From: Geosiphon pyriformis uo1
Taxonomy: Eukaryota; Fungi; Glomeromycota
DNA length: 64,000 nucleotides
Direction: 5' to 3'
Assembly (NCBI GenBank): GCA_016748015.1
Contig: JAAOMT010000327.1
Location: 1 to 64,000, forward strand
The translations under genes were made by a program, and so were the position numbers. Positions 35,710-49,542 of the stretch are shown in pieces (the first letter of the stretch is position 1; every line of letters begins with the position of its first letter). The notes under the pieces were generated by a model. The model did not search any database. It worked only from the letters and a program-made list of their open reading frames with translations, and was not told the origin of the DNA.

Positions 35710-37673
35710 TGGGAGAAAAGAGTTAAAACAGAACCTGAACCAGAACACAAAAAGTCCAACTTCACCAAAACTGAACCAACAGATGCATCCAAAGCCATTA
35801 ACTTAGACTCCAATCCACCAACTTTGGCAGTAAGGATCTTCGAACTACTCAGACCAATATCAAAAGCTGTATTATCAATAACTGGAAGAGGAGTAGAGCA
35901 TGAAACCAAAGAAACGTCTATCACCATATCCAATCCTGGAGCTGATATGGCTGGAAGAAGAGCATGAGAAACAAGTGGCAAAGGCACCAACTCGACAAAG
36001 CTAAGCCTTTTTAAAATATCAGAAACCTGATCAGCTACAAACTCTAAAGAGCACTCCAAAGACCCCAACTGATCACTCAAGCTAGAAATGTCAGAAAAAA
36101 AAGCATTCTTCAAAGAAAGCTTCACACCAGAAACAGTACCAACACCAAAAACCTCTGAAGAGACCGCATAAAAAGGAAAGCTACCAGCAACTTGGGCTCA
36201 TGTCTTACTGCCAAAAGAAACTGGACGAGCAATGGAAGCCTGCTTTTGCTTATATATACCAGCCAGACGAACCTGATCCTGAGAGGTAACTACACACCTA
36301 TCATGACTACCAGCATTTCCACTCACAGAGCACACACTAGAAACATGACCAAATTGTCAACATTCGGCACAACAGGCCAAAAAGAGTCCAGTCCAATGCA
36401 AATTTACACCCTTGAAAATTGGGACAGTGCCAATAGCAGCCAATTTGGACATCTCATTCTCAAAACAAATCACAGCGCACTGATCACGAACATATAAATT
36501 AAGATTACAACCAATGAAACAAGTTTTCTCATCATATGAATTCACCAAACTTGACAAATCATGAGTGGTTGTACTAACTGAAAGAGTGTAAAGCAAAGCC
36601 CAATGACAGTCCTTGGACATCCATGTTTGTTTGTCATCAACAGCCAAAGCCACATGAACTGAATCTTTTCCCATGAAAATAGACCACTTAGAAGCGACCA
36701 AACTGGCAACCTCTAATGACTCAAACTCCACTAAGGCCTTTTGCCAAAGACTAATTAATTGCAATTTAATGAAAACAATCCTACCAAATTTAGAAAGTAC
36801 TGATTCCACAGCCAATATGGGAAGATCTACAGGAATCTCCTTAATTATTACCTCCCAATTCAAACGAATGTTTACTTTCTTGAGATCATCATTCACAATA
36901 ATTTTTTTACAGATCACCAACTTTCTGGCCTTAACCAAACTAGACTCACTTGTAAAAGTTGATCTAATGACTCCAAGAAATTTTAAAGAAGTTGAAGCAC
37001 CCCCAAAACTGTCAATTTTATAAAAAATCTTTTTGATCTTAAATAACTTATCACTATTTGACTTTTTAGGCACAGCTGACAACTTCACATCCAAAGCAAA
37101 AAATTTTACTGGCTCAAAACAACGACACTCTAAACCACATAACTTGGGTGGTGGCAACTAATTGAACCCAACAAACATGCAAGGAGAGAGCTTCAAAACA
37201 CTATTGTCATTATTTTTCAGGTTGAAAGAAGGTTGTTTCAGCAGTTTGTTTAAAACATACATCCTCGTTTTTGTCTTCCTTGGAGTAGTGTTATTCATCA
37301 AGTCATTGTTTTCAGAGACATTAGAATCAATGTAACTAGTTTCTTTGACAACCAAGTTTTTTATATCCTCCAAGTTGGACACCTCACTGACATTATTACT
37401 CTTGTTCTCCACTTTGTTACTCCAAGATGCTTTATATTTACCACCATCAGCCAGCAATGGGTCCACATACAAAAGTCCAGCTGAAGAATCTACTATGGCA
37501 CTGGACATGACAGGTTTTCTCACTTTCTTAAAAGAGGCACCATGAGAGTAAACACTCTTAATGTGAGCCTTCTTTTTAGAGCCTGACCAGAATCCCAACC
37601 CAGTTGAAATTGAGCCCAAAACACCAGCAGAAGAGCCAGCTGGATCTATAGTCACAAATATAGATATGTCCAA
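35706..37673 (-). pseudogene. LINE 1 ORF1 (RRM-like region, CCHC knuckle, coiled C-terminus)
   Basis: VIIKEIP...FG.I..IK.Q...WQKALVEF; CAEC*QFGH...C; homologous to LINE 2 ORF1. Confidence 0.85.
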
Positions 37674-40170
37674 AGAAATAGCAATAAAAACAAAAGGAAA
37701 AAGGAATAAAGGAAATGTACTTCTTTGGCAGAATAACTTTGCTTTCGGTGTGGCCAGGGAATTGACGAGAGAAAAAATTTTAAATTAATTTATGAACCAA
37801 AAGTAAAAATAATATATTGTAATTATTAACAAAATTAAAAAACCAATTTGCTAATTTTAAAAGCAGTATAATTAACAAAAATTTATTAACTTGTTTTTAA
37901 ATATATTATAAAAACCAAAAATTTCAATATTATTTTTTATTATTAAAACTAATTTGCAAACAAAAACAGCTTTAGCAGCTATAAAAGTTTTAAATACATA
38001 ATAACATATTATTATTAGCCAGTAAACTTTAAATATTTTTCTAAAAATCTTACCAAAAATATGTAAATTAATAATTTTTAAAATATTTTTTTATTTTTAA
38101 TTAGTGGTATTTTTCAATCAAAGTTCTTTTTAAGAGATATATTAAAATTAATTTCAATATTGTTTTTATATTTTTAAGAATCTCAAAGTTTTTAATAATA
38201 TGCTAATTAATAAATTAATTTTTTATTGTTTTTATTTTTATTATTATTATTACTTTACAAATAGCCAAAAAAACTAAAAACTTCAAAAAACAACAACAGT
38301 TATTTATATTTATTATTGTTATATTAAACTTCTTTATAGTTTCAAATAAAATTTTAAATAAAATTACTTTATTAGTATTTAATTTTTTTTCTAATATAAA
38401 TAATAACAATAATAATATATTTTTTAAAATAAATCAAAATTAACTACTAATTATATTATTAAATATTATGTTTTTTAGCAGATTATTGTTAATTTTTAAA
38501 GCAAAATAACTTATTAAATTATCTAATTTTAAAAATTAGACTGATCAAATAGAAACTAAATTGCCATTTTTTTTTGTTTTTTGGTATTATTTCTGATAAT
38601 ATTTAAAAACAATTTTTAGTTGTTAAAAATTTTTTAGGTAAATAATCTCTATTTTAATGTTTAATAATATATTCAAAATTAAATTAATTTTGGTTAATTC
38701 TTTGTTTAAATTACTGTTTGATTTTATTAAGCTTAAATTAATTTCAAAAAACAATGTTAAATTGTTTTGTATAGATTTTGCTTTTGAATTTTTTAATTAT
38801 TAATAATTTGTTTTTAATTATATTTAAGATTGTAAAATTTTTTGTAATATATTCTAATTTTTTTATTTTTGCTGTACTTTATAATATCTTTTTTAACATA
38901 TCTTTTAATAACATTAAAATGTTCTTGGTATTTTTGGTATTATTATTTTGGTTAAATTAATGTTTGCTAATTTGTAATAATATGTTGTTTATTTTAAAAA
39001 AATTTTTTGTTGTTACTATTTTTAATAATTAATCTGTACTAGTTAAAAAAAATAGTGTTAAATTTTTTTCTTTGTTTAACTAAAAAAAAGTTATTATCTC
39101 AAAAAACTTTCAAAATTAAATTATTTAATCTTTTTTTTAGGTGTATTTTCTATTTATTCTAATACTTATAAAGTTTTTTTCAAATAATATAAAATTAAAA
39201 GAGTTTTTAGTTATTGTTAAAACATTGTTTTTAGTTTTAAATTAGGGTTTTTTCTATTTAAAGTTTTTTTAAGCAATTAATTAGAATTAATTCTAATATA
39301 ATTATTATTATTATTACTATTAAAAATTCTAGAATTATAATAGTAAATTAATAATAAAACTGTTTTTTCTTTATATTTTTTGTAAATATTCAAAAAAGCA
39401 AAAAACAATTTTTTTAAACTTTAAATCCTAACTTAAAACAACTAATTTTTTTGAAATACTAAAAATATTATTCTTTTTGGTGTTTTTTAAAACACTATTT
39501 TTACTTTAAAACTGTTTTTAATAAAAAATAAGACATTAACTTTATTTAATTTTTTGTTATTTATATTAATCTTATTGCAACTGTATTAATTTATATTGAT
39601 TTTTAATCAGACTGTAAATAATATTTTTTTTATTTATATAATAGCAATAACAACATATTTGTTAAGATTAGTTCTAATTAGTTTATGACTAAATTGCTTA
39701 ATACATTAAATTTTTGTTAATTTTAATCAATTTTAAAAGCCAAACATATTATGTTTTTGTATAATACTTTAATAATTGATATATTAAATTTTTAAATTTT
39801 TAAAATTAGACTAATCTAATAAAAATTAAAATGCTTTTTCTGTTTTTAAGAATATTATCTCTGGTAATATTTAAAAATTACTATAAATTGTCTTAAATTT
39901 TTTAATTAAATGGCTTTTATTTTAGTGTTTAATAAAACTATTAAAATTATTTTTTAGTTTTTGTATAATTTTTTAATTTAAAATTAACAGCAAAAAAAAT
40001 ATGAAACTTTTTTATATTAAATTTGTATCTTAAACTTTCTTAAATGCTGTTTTGCTGCTAAATTACTTTATTTTTGGTTTAAAAAATAGATAAGTATTTA
40101 TTAAATTAAATCTAAATAATCAATTATGTATTGTAAATAATTATAAATCAAATTTATAGTGTATTATTTA

Positions 40171-40839
40171 TTTATTTATTTTATTTATTTAACAAATAAG
40201 ATCCAAATACTGTCTAGTGCAATACATCAAATATTCAATCTAAACTAAGTATGAATCATGTATTTTCTATATGTAACCAGCCACTTAAGCCGATCAGGAC
40301 AACACTAAGCATTTATATAAACAGAGACAGAGTTCCCTATATTTAAAAACAAGTGAAGCTTTCGAAACCCAAAACCAATACCAAACATCTTATTAAACAG
40401 CCACATAGATATTTAACAAATGACAACAAACAGAATTATTAACCATGCAAGAAAAAACATGATTTAAAACTTCAATATTACCACAATATAAATACAATAC
40501 ACTAGGGTAATTCTTGTTGTATAGGTGCTTTTAAACAGCAATCAGGAATCAATAATGCAAAGCTTTTATGAAGTATATGTGAGCATTAGTAGTAGGTTTG
40601 CTAATGAAACTAACAGCCATATATGAATTGAAGTGCCATACCAAGGATGAGCTAGGCCAATTAATATTTGAGAGCAAACTAACATTCAAAATCTCAGATC
40701 CAGAACCAATCTCCCAGTATACACGATGAATAGACTAAAAAATTCCATAAACAAAATGTTTAGAATTACCAAAAACAATATTACCACCAGCCAAAATACA
40801 ATGTTTTTTTACATTGAAAGGAAGATATCAGGGAAAAAA
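40171..40839 (-). mobile_element. 5'-truncated LINE of the same family (3' end only)
   Basis: 3' UTR matches LINE 2 (GTGGCTGGTTACAT.TAGAAAAT.CATGATTCA.ACTTAGTTTAGA); (TAAA)n-like tail; 10-bp TSD GTATTATTTA at 40161-40170 and 40840-40849. Confidence 0.85.
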
Positions 40840-42233
40840 GTATTATTTAAAAATAAAAACAATATAAATTTTTGGTAAGATTACACTTAATTAAAACAAA
40901 ATAAAATATTATTATTATTATTATTTTAAAAATTATTTTTAGAATTTTTAGAACCAAAATATTTTGTTATAAGATTTTTTACTTTAATAAAAAGCTTTTA
41001 AAACTATTAAAAATTAATAAACAAATAAATTAAAACTAATTAAAACAATTTTATAAAATTAAATTATCAAATTTTTTATGATTAAAACTAGATAATAATT
41101 GGTTAAAAAACTTGGATTTTATATTAGTCTATAATAATTTTTTTAACAATTTAAAAATATATTGTATCATTAAAAACAAAAAAATTATTAACAATATTTG
41201 GTACTTTTTCCGAAAATTAATATACTTAAGAAATTATACAAAATAACAACTACTTTCAAACAAAAACTTAAAGTATTATTAACAATTTTATATTTATTGC
41301 ATATAAAAATTTAGAATTTTAAATAAAATTTTAATTATAAAATCTACTTTTTACAATTATCTTGAAAACAAATTTAATTCTTAATTTAAAATCAAATTTT
41401 AAAAATACATATCAAAAAAATAGAAAGCAGTTCAAAATTTTATAAAAGTAACAACTAATATATGAAAACTGACTGTTAAAAACCAAAAGCTAAATTAAAT
41501 AAAACAATACTTGCAATTATTTTATTTTGAATATTAAATATTCAAAAAAAATAAAAAGTAAAAACCCAAAAAACTTAGAAAAAAGCTTAAAAAAAGTAAA
41601 AGTATAATTATTTTATATTATATTGCCAAAATTTTCGAATTTTCAAAAAAATCTTTTAATTAGCTTTTAAAAATAGTTAAATAAAGTTACAAATACCATT
41701 AAAGTTAATAGATAAAATTTAATCAAAGTCTTTAAAATAATTTTTTACTTTTTATAAAGAATAACAAATAAATATTTGGAAAACCAAACAGCTTTTTTTG
41801 ATACTTAAGATGCTTTTTATAAATGGCAATAATTCTATTACTTTCAAAATTGGTTTAAAAACATTGAATAACAAAAATCAAATTACATTTAATAAATACT
41901 TTTATTAATACTATTAAAACAATTAAAGTTTATGAAATAATTATTAAAAAACCAATTTATACCAAACTTATAAATATAGTTATTAAAAAAATTAGTATAG
42001 AAATAAAAAAATTGGAAAAAAAATTAATAAACATATTAACTATTATATGTGTAAAATTAAAATTAAAATCAAAGTTAATATTAAAATCAAAAACTGAAAC
42101 CAATTTTAACAAAACTAAAATTAATCAAAAACAAAAAAAAATTATTTAATATTATAAAACAAAACAGTATAATTTACAATAAAATAATTAATCTTTTTTG
42201 TTTAGCAAAATCTTATAATACACAATTTATTTA

Positions 42234-42532
42234 GGGAATTGCTAAATTGACTCACCCGCAACATGTGATATTAATATATATAGAATTTTAATATTTATTT
42301 ATTAGTAAATTTAATAAATTTTTGTTTAATTAAAATAAAAATTAACTTTTTTTTATATAAAATTGAATATAGATTATATATATTAATTTTTTATTATGCC
42401 TTAACTAATTAATTAAAAAACACTTCGTTGTGAACAACCATATTATTTGTTAATATGTTTTTATATAGTTGAATACGAAGCTATGACATAAATGATATTA
42501 CATATTGCAGGTGGATTGATTTAGCAATTCTC
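42234..42532. mobile_element. MITE with ~50-bp GGG-starting TIRs and 8-bp TSD (Merlin- or Mutator-like)
   Basis: GGGAATTGCTAAAT...ATTTAGCAATTCTC; TTTATTTA at 42226-42233 and 42533-42540. Confidence 0.8.
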
Positions 42533-42649
42533 TTTATTTATTATTTATTTAGATTCAAATATTTAAAAATAAAGCATTAAAATTTTTCAGCCAATATTCT
42601 TTATAATTTAAATATTTTTTCTTTTAAGTTTATGTATAACCTAATCTTT

Positions 42650-43405
42650 ATAACAATGCTCTATTCTATACTTCTCTCAATGTCCATGTGGTAATGCATT
42701 CTAATTATTCTCACTCTGTAGACCTTTAGGGCTATTTTATAAACTCCCATTGCTTTTCTATTAATCCATAATGTCTCTTGTCTCCTCTAGTTCACCTTTA
42801 AAATAAGCTTACATATAATCTAGCTCTACTACAATTCAACTCGTTCCAATTATTGTGTTGTCAAGATTTGTAACATTTTCTTAATAAGCATGTATTATTT
42901 CCTTGCTTACCTTTTTGTGTCTTGAGGCACTTTGCATAAATTTTGTCATATGTAGTCTTAGGATTCTGTCAAGCATATTAATTAACAAATTCCCAATTGA
43001 CTTGGTTTATGTTGTCAAGTTATGAGAAGGAAACAAAAAAACATAAGTGCGTTTATATTTTGCTGTACTCCTTTGTATCATGAGGCATATCATGTTGTAG
43101 AACAATTGCACGCATCAAATCAAATTGTCTGATTGTTGCCCTTGTGATTGATGTTTTTAACATATCTTTGTTATAGCTAGATTTGTACAAATAGTTCTAA
43201 CCATACTAATTAGTGATTTATGTGTTTAAAGTAATCTTTGTTTATCATCAAAGAAAAAAAATTCAGAGGTAAATCAAACTGTCTTTGATAGTTGATAAAT
43301 TTATGTTGAGCCACAGTTGTGCCACCAAACCAAGAATTAAAAATGTCTGTTAATGCCGTCGAATATTCACTTTGTCTAGTTTTGTTGCAGCATGTCCCAA
43401 ATAAT
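42650..43405 (-). pseudogene. Unidentified coding remnant (about 250 codons)
   Basis: GC-richer island. One minus frame reads FGTCCNKTRQSEYSTALTDIFNSWFGGTTV...LVWLELFVQI...VNWEFVN with stops interpretable as CGA/CAA/CAG decay. Confidence 0.4.
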
Positions 43406-44229
43406 TTTTTAATATTGTTAATTAAATATTATTATGCTACAATATTTTATTTTAAGCAATATTAAATGTTAAAAATATATAATACAATAATGACTTGAAA
43501 GTTAATTTAATATTTAAATTAAAAAATAAATAACAATATTGATAAGCCATGGGTATGTGCAAGCCATTTCAAATGGTAACTAATATAGGCAACATATTTG
43601 GAGAAATTAGTAGCCAATAGAAAGTTTGCTGTAGTGATAACTAATATTCTTAATTGGCTCTAATCTAATATTTAATAATTTGTTGGGCTATGTCTTCAGA
43701 AAAAAAAATAAACAATATTATTAATGAATTTTACACATTAAAATAAACAATTATATTACAAAGCATACTGTAGGGGCTATTTAATAAAAGTGGCTTTGTT
43801 ATCTAAATAGTAATTTATACTTATAGATAAAAGATCTGAAATGTTAGTTATATAACATTATGACCACTATTAAAGCTATCAAACATTAATTAAAAGTGGC
43901 AATAACTTAATATAAAAGATATATAAAGAAACTAAAATAAAAAGTAAAAAGTTGGATGAAAAAAATGAGTTAAGTAAATTAAAAAAAAAGTTAAAAAAGA
44001 AAAAGTATGATAAAAAAGAAATAAAAAATAAAAGTAAATAAAAATAAATAAAGAGTATAAATACAAAAATTACAAAATATATTAATAAAAATAATTATGA
44101 CAGATTAAAAAAATAGAATAAAATAATATTTGTAAGAAAATAATTAAAGTGGAACTGTTAAATAAATTGTTTAATAACTTGTTTTTATAACTTGTTTTTT
44201 TTTCAATATTAAAACTACTGTATATATAC

Positions 44230-47200
44230 ATATTTGTAGTTCTATAAAAAAACATATTATAATACTTTTTTTTAATATTTGAATCTGGTATTTGCTGCTA
44301 TTATCAGTTGGTATTGGCCATTATTGTAGATTGCTGCTTGCCATCATTATGAGATAATACTTACTACTATGTTAATTATTATCTTTCTAAGATTATTATT
44401 GTGCTATATTATATTGAATAATTTATATTATTTTATAATTTTTTTGCTAAATTCTTGAATTATAATTCTATATTAAATAAAATTTCTTTCTTAACTTTTT
44501 TGGCAATTAATAAAGTGTATTAACAGATCTGATTGCATACTTTTTTTTCATTTCAATATTAATTCAATTGTATTTCTTCAGCAACAATTCTTTATATGTG
44601 AGACAAAATATGTTGTCTTATTTTTTGCTTTATTTTGAACTGCCAAATCATTTTTAATAGCAAACTTTGCAGTAATAACAAGTATAAGTTTCATATTTTT
44701 TTTCTAATAATATGCAAGCTTTTATAGATAACAGCTTTATTGCAATTTTTGTATTTGAATAAAATATAAGGTGGTTGTTTTTTTGGTTCTGGTTTTAAAT
44801 ATAAAATATACCAACTATTAACTAATTTAATTGTAAAAATGAATTGTAAGTTAGTTTTTTTAAGTTATAATAATATTAGTTGTGATATAAATGTCTCAAA
44901 TAGCTGCTCAGTTTTTTCAGTTTAATTAGATATTAATTTAAAAGCCATATAAGTTTTAATAATTGGCATTTTTTTTTAAATTCGAATATTAAAGTTTTTT
45001 CAGATTGTTTATTAAAATTATTACAGGTAGTAAGTACTTGAATATATTGTTTTTGGCATAAAATTTTGAGTTCTTAAGTTTTCTACTCTAAATTTGCATT
45101 GATCTTAGAAAGCCAATTATTTTTAACAAAAACTTGATATTAAAGTATATCTATAATTAAAACTTTCGTTTAAATAATAATTTAAAAGAAATTTGTTAAT
45201 TTTTTCTACTAGAGTTTTTTTTATATTATTGGCAATAACAATAATTATTTAAATAGATTGGTTAATACTTTGTTTAAGTTGTTGTATTAGTTGATAAATA
45301 ATGATGCTTTTGGCAAATCTACTGTATAAAATTAAATAGATTGGTTTTTTTTTGATTTTTATTTCAGTATATATTGTAATAATTAGAGTTCTAATTGAAC
45401 TAAACTGAACTGTATTTTAAGTGTTGTTCAAGTTCAATTCGAATTACAAACTGAATTTGAACTAAATCAATTTTTCAAAGTAGGTTCAGTTTGAATTCAG
45501 CATTGAACTTTTTTGACAAATCTGAGTTTGGTTTAAGTTTGGTTTAAGTCTAATTCAAAGTTTATGAATTTATTCAAGTTTGATGAAATTAAAAAAATAT
45601 AATACTTGTACTATTTGTTCATTAATTATTACTTTGTTTAATTACTATAATTAGTTAAAAAAGTATATAAAACTATATATATATAACAACTCTAATTTTC
45701 AACTTACCAAAATGAATTTATTATTGGTATAATTTAATGTTACTAAAGATTTAAAATTCAAAATAATAGAATTTGATAATCTAAATAGTTTAAATATTTA
45801 TATATTTGGTAAACATAGTTTTCAAAATAAAATATAAGACTATTTTGATAAATTTAAATAAATAAAAAAAACAGCTAAATGTATAGTCTCAAAATATGTA
45901 CATAAACTATTTTTTTACAGAACTATGGGTACTACCAAATTCTTATGACACTATTTAAAAATTTTTCATCAAACAGTATATATTATAATATAAGAATATT
46001 ATAAGAAAAAACAAAATATTCAGAAAGATTACAAGTCAATTAAAAAAATGTTTTAATGAGTAAGATTGCTATTTTTTTTATAATTTTTGGCCAATTTAAT
46101 TAGAAAACTGCTCTAACTTTCTATAGTAACTGCTATTAATATTAATAATAAAAAACTTTATGATATGATTACTATTTGGTCTTTTCTGTAGATGAAAATA
46201 TAATTACAAATATAAGATTGTATTTAGTGCTTAAAACTATAAAAGCAGTACAATATCTTTAATTATAGATATAAAGACCATTAAAATGAAAATTAAATAA
46301 TAATATAGTGTTTTTAATAATTAAACCTAAACATGTTTATAAACTTTAAACTAAATTTAAACCAAATTTGTTGTATGTATTCAAATTTGATTTAAATTCA
46401 GTAATTTTAAGTTTGGTTTAAGTTTAAAGTTGAATTCTGCCAAATCTTTTGTTTAAGTTTGGTTCAGTTTGATGGTTTAATTAAACTTAAACCAAACTGG
46501 ACTGAATATCTAAACTTTAGCAATAATTGTTTTCTGTTTTGTTATTACTATATTGCTAAATAAGAATAGATATTTATTAGCTTTAAATTTAAAAAAGAAG
46601 ATATTTAAAAAATTGGTATTTTCAACAAATTTTGTAGATAAATTGTATTGCTGAAAGAGTTTAATTTTGGTGTTGTAGCTTTATTTTTAAAAAATACAGT
46701 TTGTTGAAAATCCAGTTTTTTAGGTATTATTAATTAAATAAATTGAGTATTAAAATATATAAATCTTTATTGTGAATTATTTTAGAGAACTAATTGATTG
46801 TTAATATTAATTCTGTTGTTGTTAATTGTAAATTAATTCTGAAATAAAAATTGATTTTGTTAAACCACTTTTCTTATAAATATTTAGTATTGTTAAATTG
46901 ATGGTATTTGTTGATATTGTTAAATCTGTAAAAATTATTGGTGTTGTATTTGCATTGGTTGTAGGATTAATTAATAGTAGTTATTTTAATATTGAGATTT
47001 AATAGATAATATGCTAATAGTTTAAATTAATAATATAATTGCTAAAGTTAAAAATAACATTAATTACTCTTTGATTATTAGTTTTGTTGTATTTTTTAGC
47101 AATTTTGTTTTGAGTGTTTTAAAATTCTATAATAATAGCAATTTTGAAATTGGTTGCTAAATAATAATAAGAAATTGTGTTGGTTTTGTTATTATTGTTC

Positions 47201-49542
47201 TTGGTTAGTAAAATAGTTTTTGACTTTTTAAATAAGTTGATCGATTTTTTTCTTAGCTATTAAGTTGGCTTTTTCAATTATAAAATTAACAAATTTCGTG
47301 TAGTTAGTTTTTTTGTTATTATTTTATAGGTTTTAGCATATTAAATAAGTATGGTTAAATTTTCTGGTACATGTAGACAAATTTTCTTAAGTCTAACAAT
47401 AAATTTGTCTAATATTTGAGCATTAAAATAGTAATTATTGGTTTTTAATTGGCAAATCTTTCAGAGAAATTTGTTAAACTTCTTAAGATAAGTTATAATA
47501 AATTATATTGGTTTTTGCTTAATGTTTTGGAATTAATTTTAATGAATAATAAATGTATTGTTGTTAATGAACTGTTCAAAGAAAGCATATTTGAATGCTT
47601 GTTAATTTTTAAAAAATTTACTCAAATTTTCAAACTATTTGTCTGCAGTTTTTTGATGAAAATAAGAAATAGATTTAAATATTTTTATAATATTCTATCC
47701 ATTAACATTTCTTGCTTTTGAAACTTTGTTCAACTATTTTTGAGAATTAGTGTTAGCATTTTTTTCTGTAAATTCAGTGATTTTTGCAATATAAACAGTT
47801 GTTATTTTTTTTGTATCTTTATTTTCAGCAGTTTTTTTTTCAGTAAATTCAAAAACGTTTTTGTTGTTATTTATATTATCAGAGTAATTACTCCGGTTTT
47901 TTGTTAAGTAATTAAAAAAATTTGTGCTAATAAAAATTTGTTTAGGCTGTTGTATTAAACTTTTTGGTAATATAAAGTCTTTTGGTCTTAAAAATAATTA
48001 AATAGTAAATTTAGTATCTGAACTTAAGCAATTAAAGCTAGAAATGATGTAATTAAAAGTGGTAATTTAGAACTGGCTCTTTGTTTGAGTGTTTACAAAT
48101 AATAAAAAATTGTTTTTGGTGAGTTGGGTGTTGTATAAACTGGTTAGTTGTTTTTTTTTGCTTTTTTTACTTGTTTTAAGTTCAAACTTAAGTTCAAAAA
48201 CAAAATATAAGTTGGCAAAGTATTTTTTTTTACAAAATTTGATAATGTTGTAATCAAGTTCTTCAAAATAAGTAGCATAATTATTAGCATTAATATTTTC
48301 TAATTATTTATTTAAGTAGTAAATAAAATTTTCAAGAAAATTTTGCTTGACTTCTGTAATATTGTAGTTTCCAAAAAAGTAATTATTGATTTGGTTTTTA
48401 ATATATTAAGAAAATATTTTCTTAAAAGCTGTAATTTTGTCTTAGATTTTAAATCATTGTTTGCAGTAAGTATAAATTGACTGATAGTACTTTAGAGTTG
48501 TTATGTTTAATATAGTTATTACTTTAAAATTGTTGTTGCTGTATTAATTTATAAAAGAACACTAAATGTTACCAAAAATTTTTGGTCTCTTTTTTTGAAT
48601 GTTGTTAATATTGTTTGCTGTTAATTTCCAATTTTAGAAGCTGTTGAATTTCTGATAACTAAATTTATTTTCAAATTATCTTTTATAATTTAAATTGCTA
48701 AATTTATAAATAAAATAATTAATTCTATGCCAGTTATTTTATATAGTTACTTTGCAGTAAAAATCAACTCTTTCTCAAAATTGCTTGTTTAAAAGCTTAC
48801 TAAATATATGTAGTTACTTTGCTGTTAAAGTCAATTTTTTTAAAGAAATTTTTCTGTAAACTATCTTAATAATTATAATAATAATAAAAAGAAAAAAGAA
48901 ATATGAAAAAAATAAAAATTTGTTAAGAAAATTGTCTTTTGTTTAAATCTAGAGTTACTAATAAATTAATAAAATTAGTAGTTAATTAATTTTAAAACGT
49001 TAATTATAATTTAAATAATTTTAAATTAATAAAAAACAAATTTAATTTTTTAAAGTATTTGATTTTTATTAATTTGTAAAGATATATAAAAAAATAATTG
49101 ATTTTAATTAAGATTGTGATCTAAGATAAGATATTTTTTCTTAAAGAGAAAAGTTTTTTTTTATACAGTGTGTTGTAATACTAGTTTATAAACTTGAATT
49201 TTTTCTTTATTATAATTTTAATAAATTAAAAATATATTTTAGTAAACTACAAAATATTTTTATGAACTATAAATTACTTTAGTACATTATTAAAATATTT
49301 CATGTATTTTTACAAATTTTGACAAATTTTTAAATATTACAAAGTTTAGAGTATTGTATGATCTAAATATTATATTTAATTATATTAGTGTATTATACAA
49401 ATTGAGTTAATAATTAGATAAAGATATTGTTATTATTTGATTAAATAATAAATAATAAAATAATAATAATATATGTTAATTATTAATAGGAATTATAAAA
49501 GTAATTTTATGTTAATTACTGATTAAAATTTTATTAATAACA
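44230..49542 (-). mobile_element. Decayed LTR retrotransposon copy D (same subfamily as A): 5' LTR 48567-49542, gag, protease; interrupted by a hAT element
   Basis: Collinear with 1-3119 (e.g. 47580 AAAGCATATTTGAATGCTTG; 48567 TGTTACC...TTTTTGGTCTCT). Protease remnants near 45100-45330 (SRFAKSII; NNWLSKINANL). Left boundary approximate. Confidence 0.85.
45384..46519 (+). mobile_element. Internally deleted hAT transposon with BED zinc-finger remnant
   Basis: TAGAGTT...AACTTTA termini; 8-bp TSD GTAATAAT/GCAATAAT (45376-45383, 46520-46527); subterminal GAAC/GTTC arrays; I*DYF...TAKC...GTTKFL*HYLK.FH at about 45830-45970. Confidence 0.8.

Larger units (their letters stand above)
20641..37778 (-). 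mobile_element. Full-length LINE 1 (ORF1; APE-RT-RNase H-CCHC ORF2), about 6.9 kb after removing nested copy C
   Basis: T-run tail at 20641; 13-bp TSD TTTAAATTAATTT at 20628-20640 and 37779-37791; collinear with LINE 2. Confidence 0.92.

Noticed and set aside
40850-42200. Possible decayed LINE ORF1 or other TE; also a possible LTR at about 43450-44200
   Set aside because: Too eroded for me to find motifs, termini or TSDs by eye.
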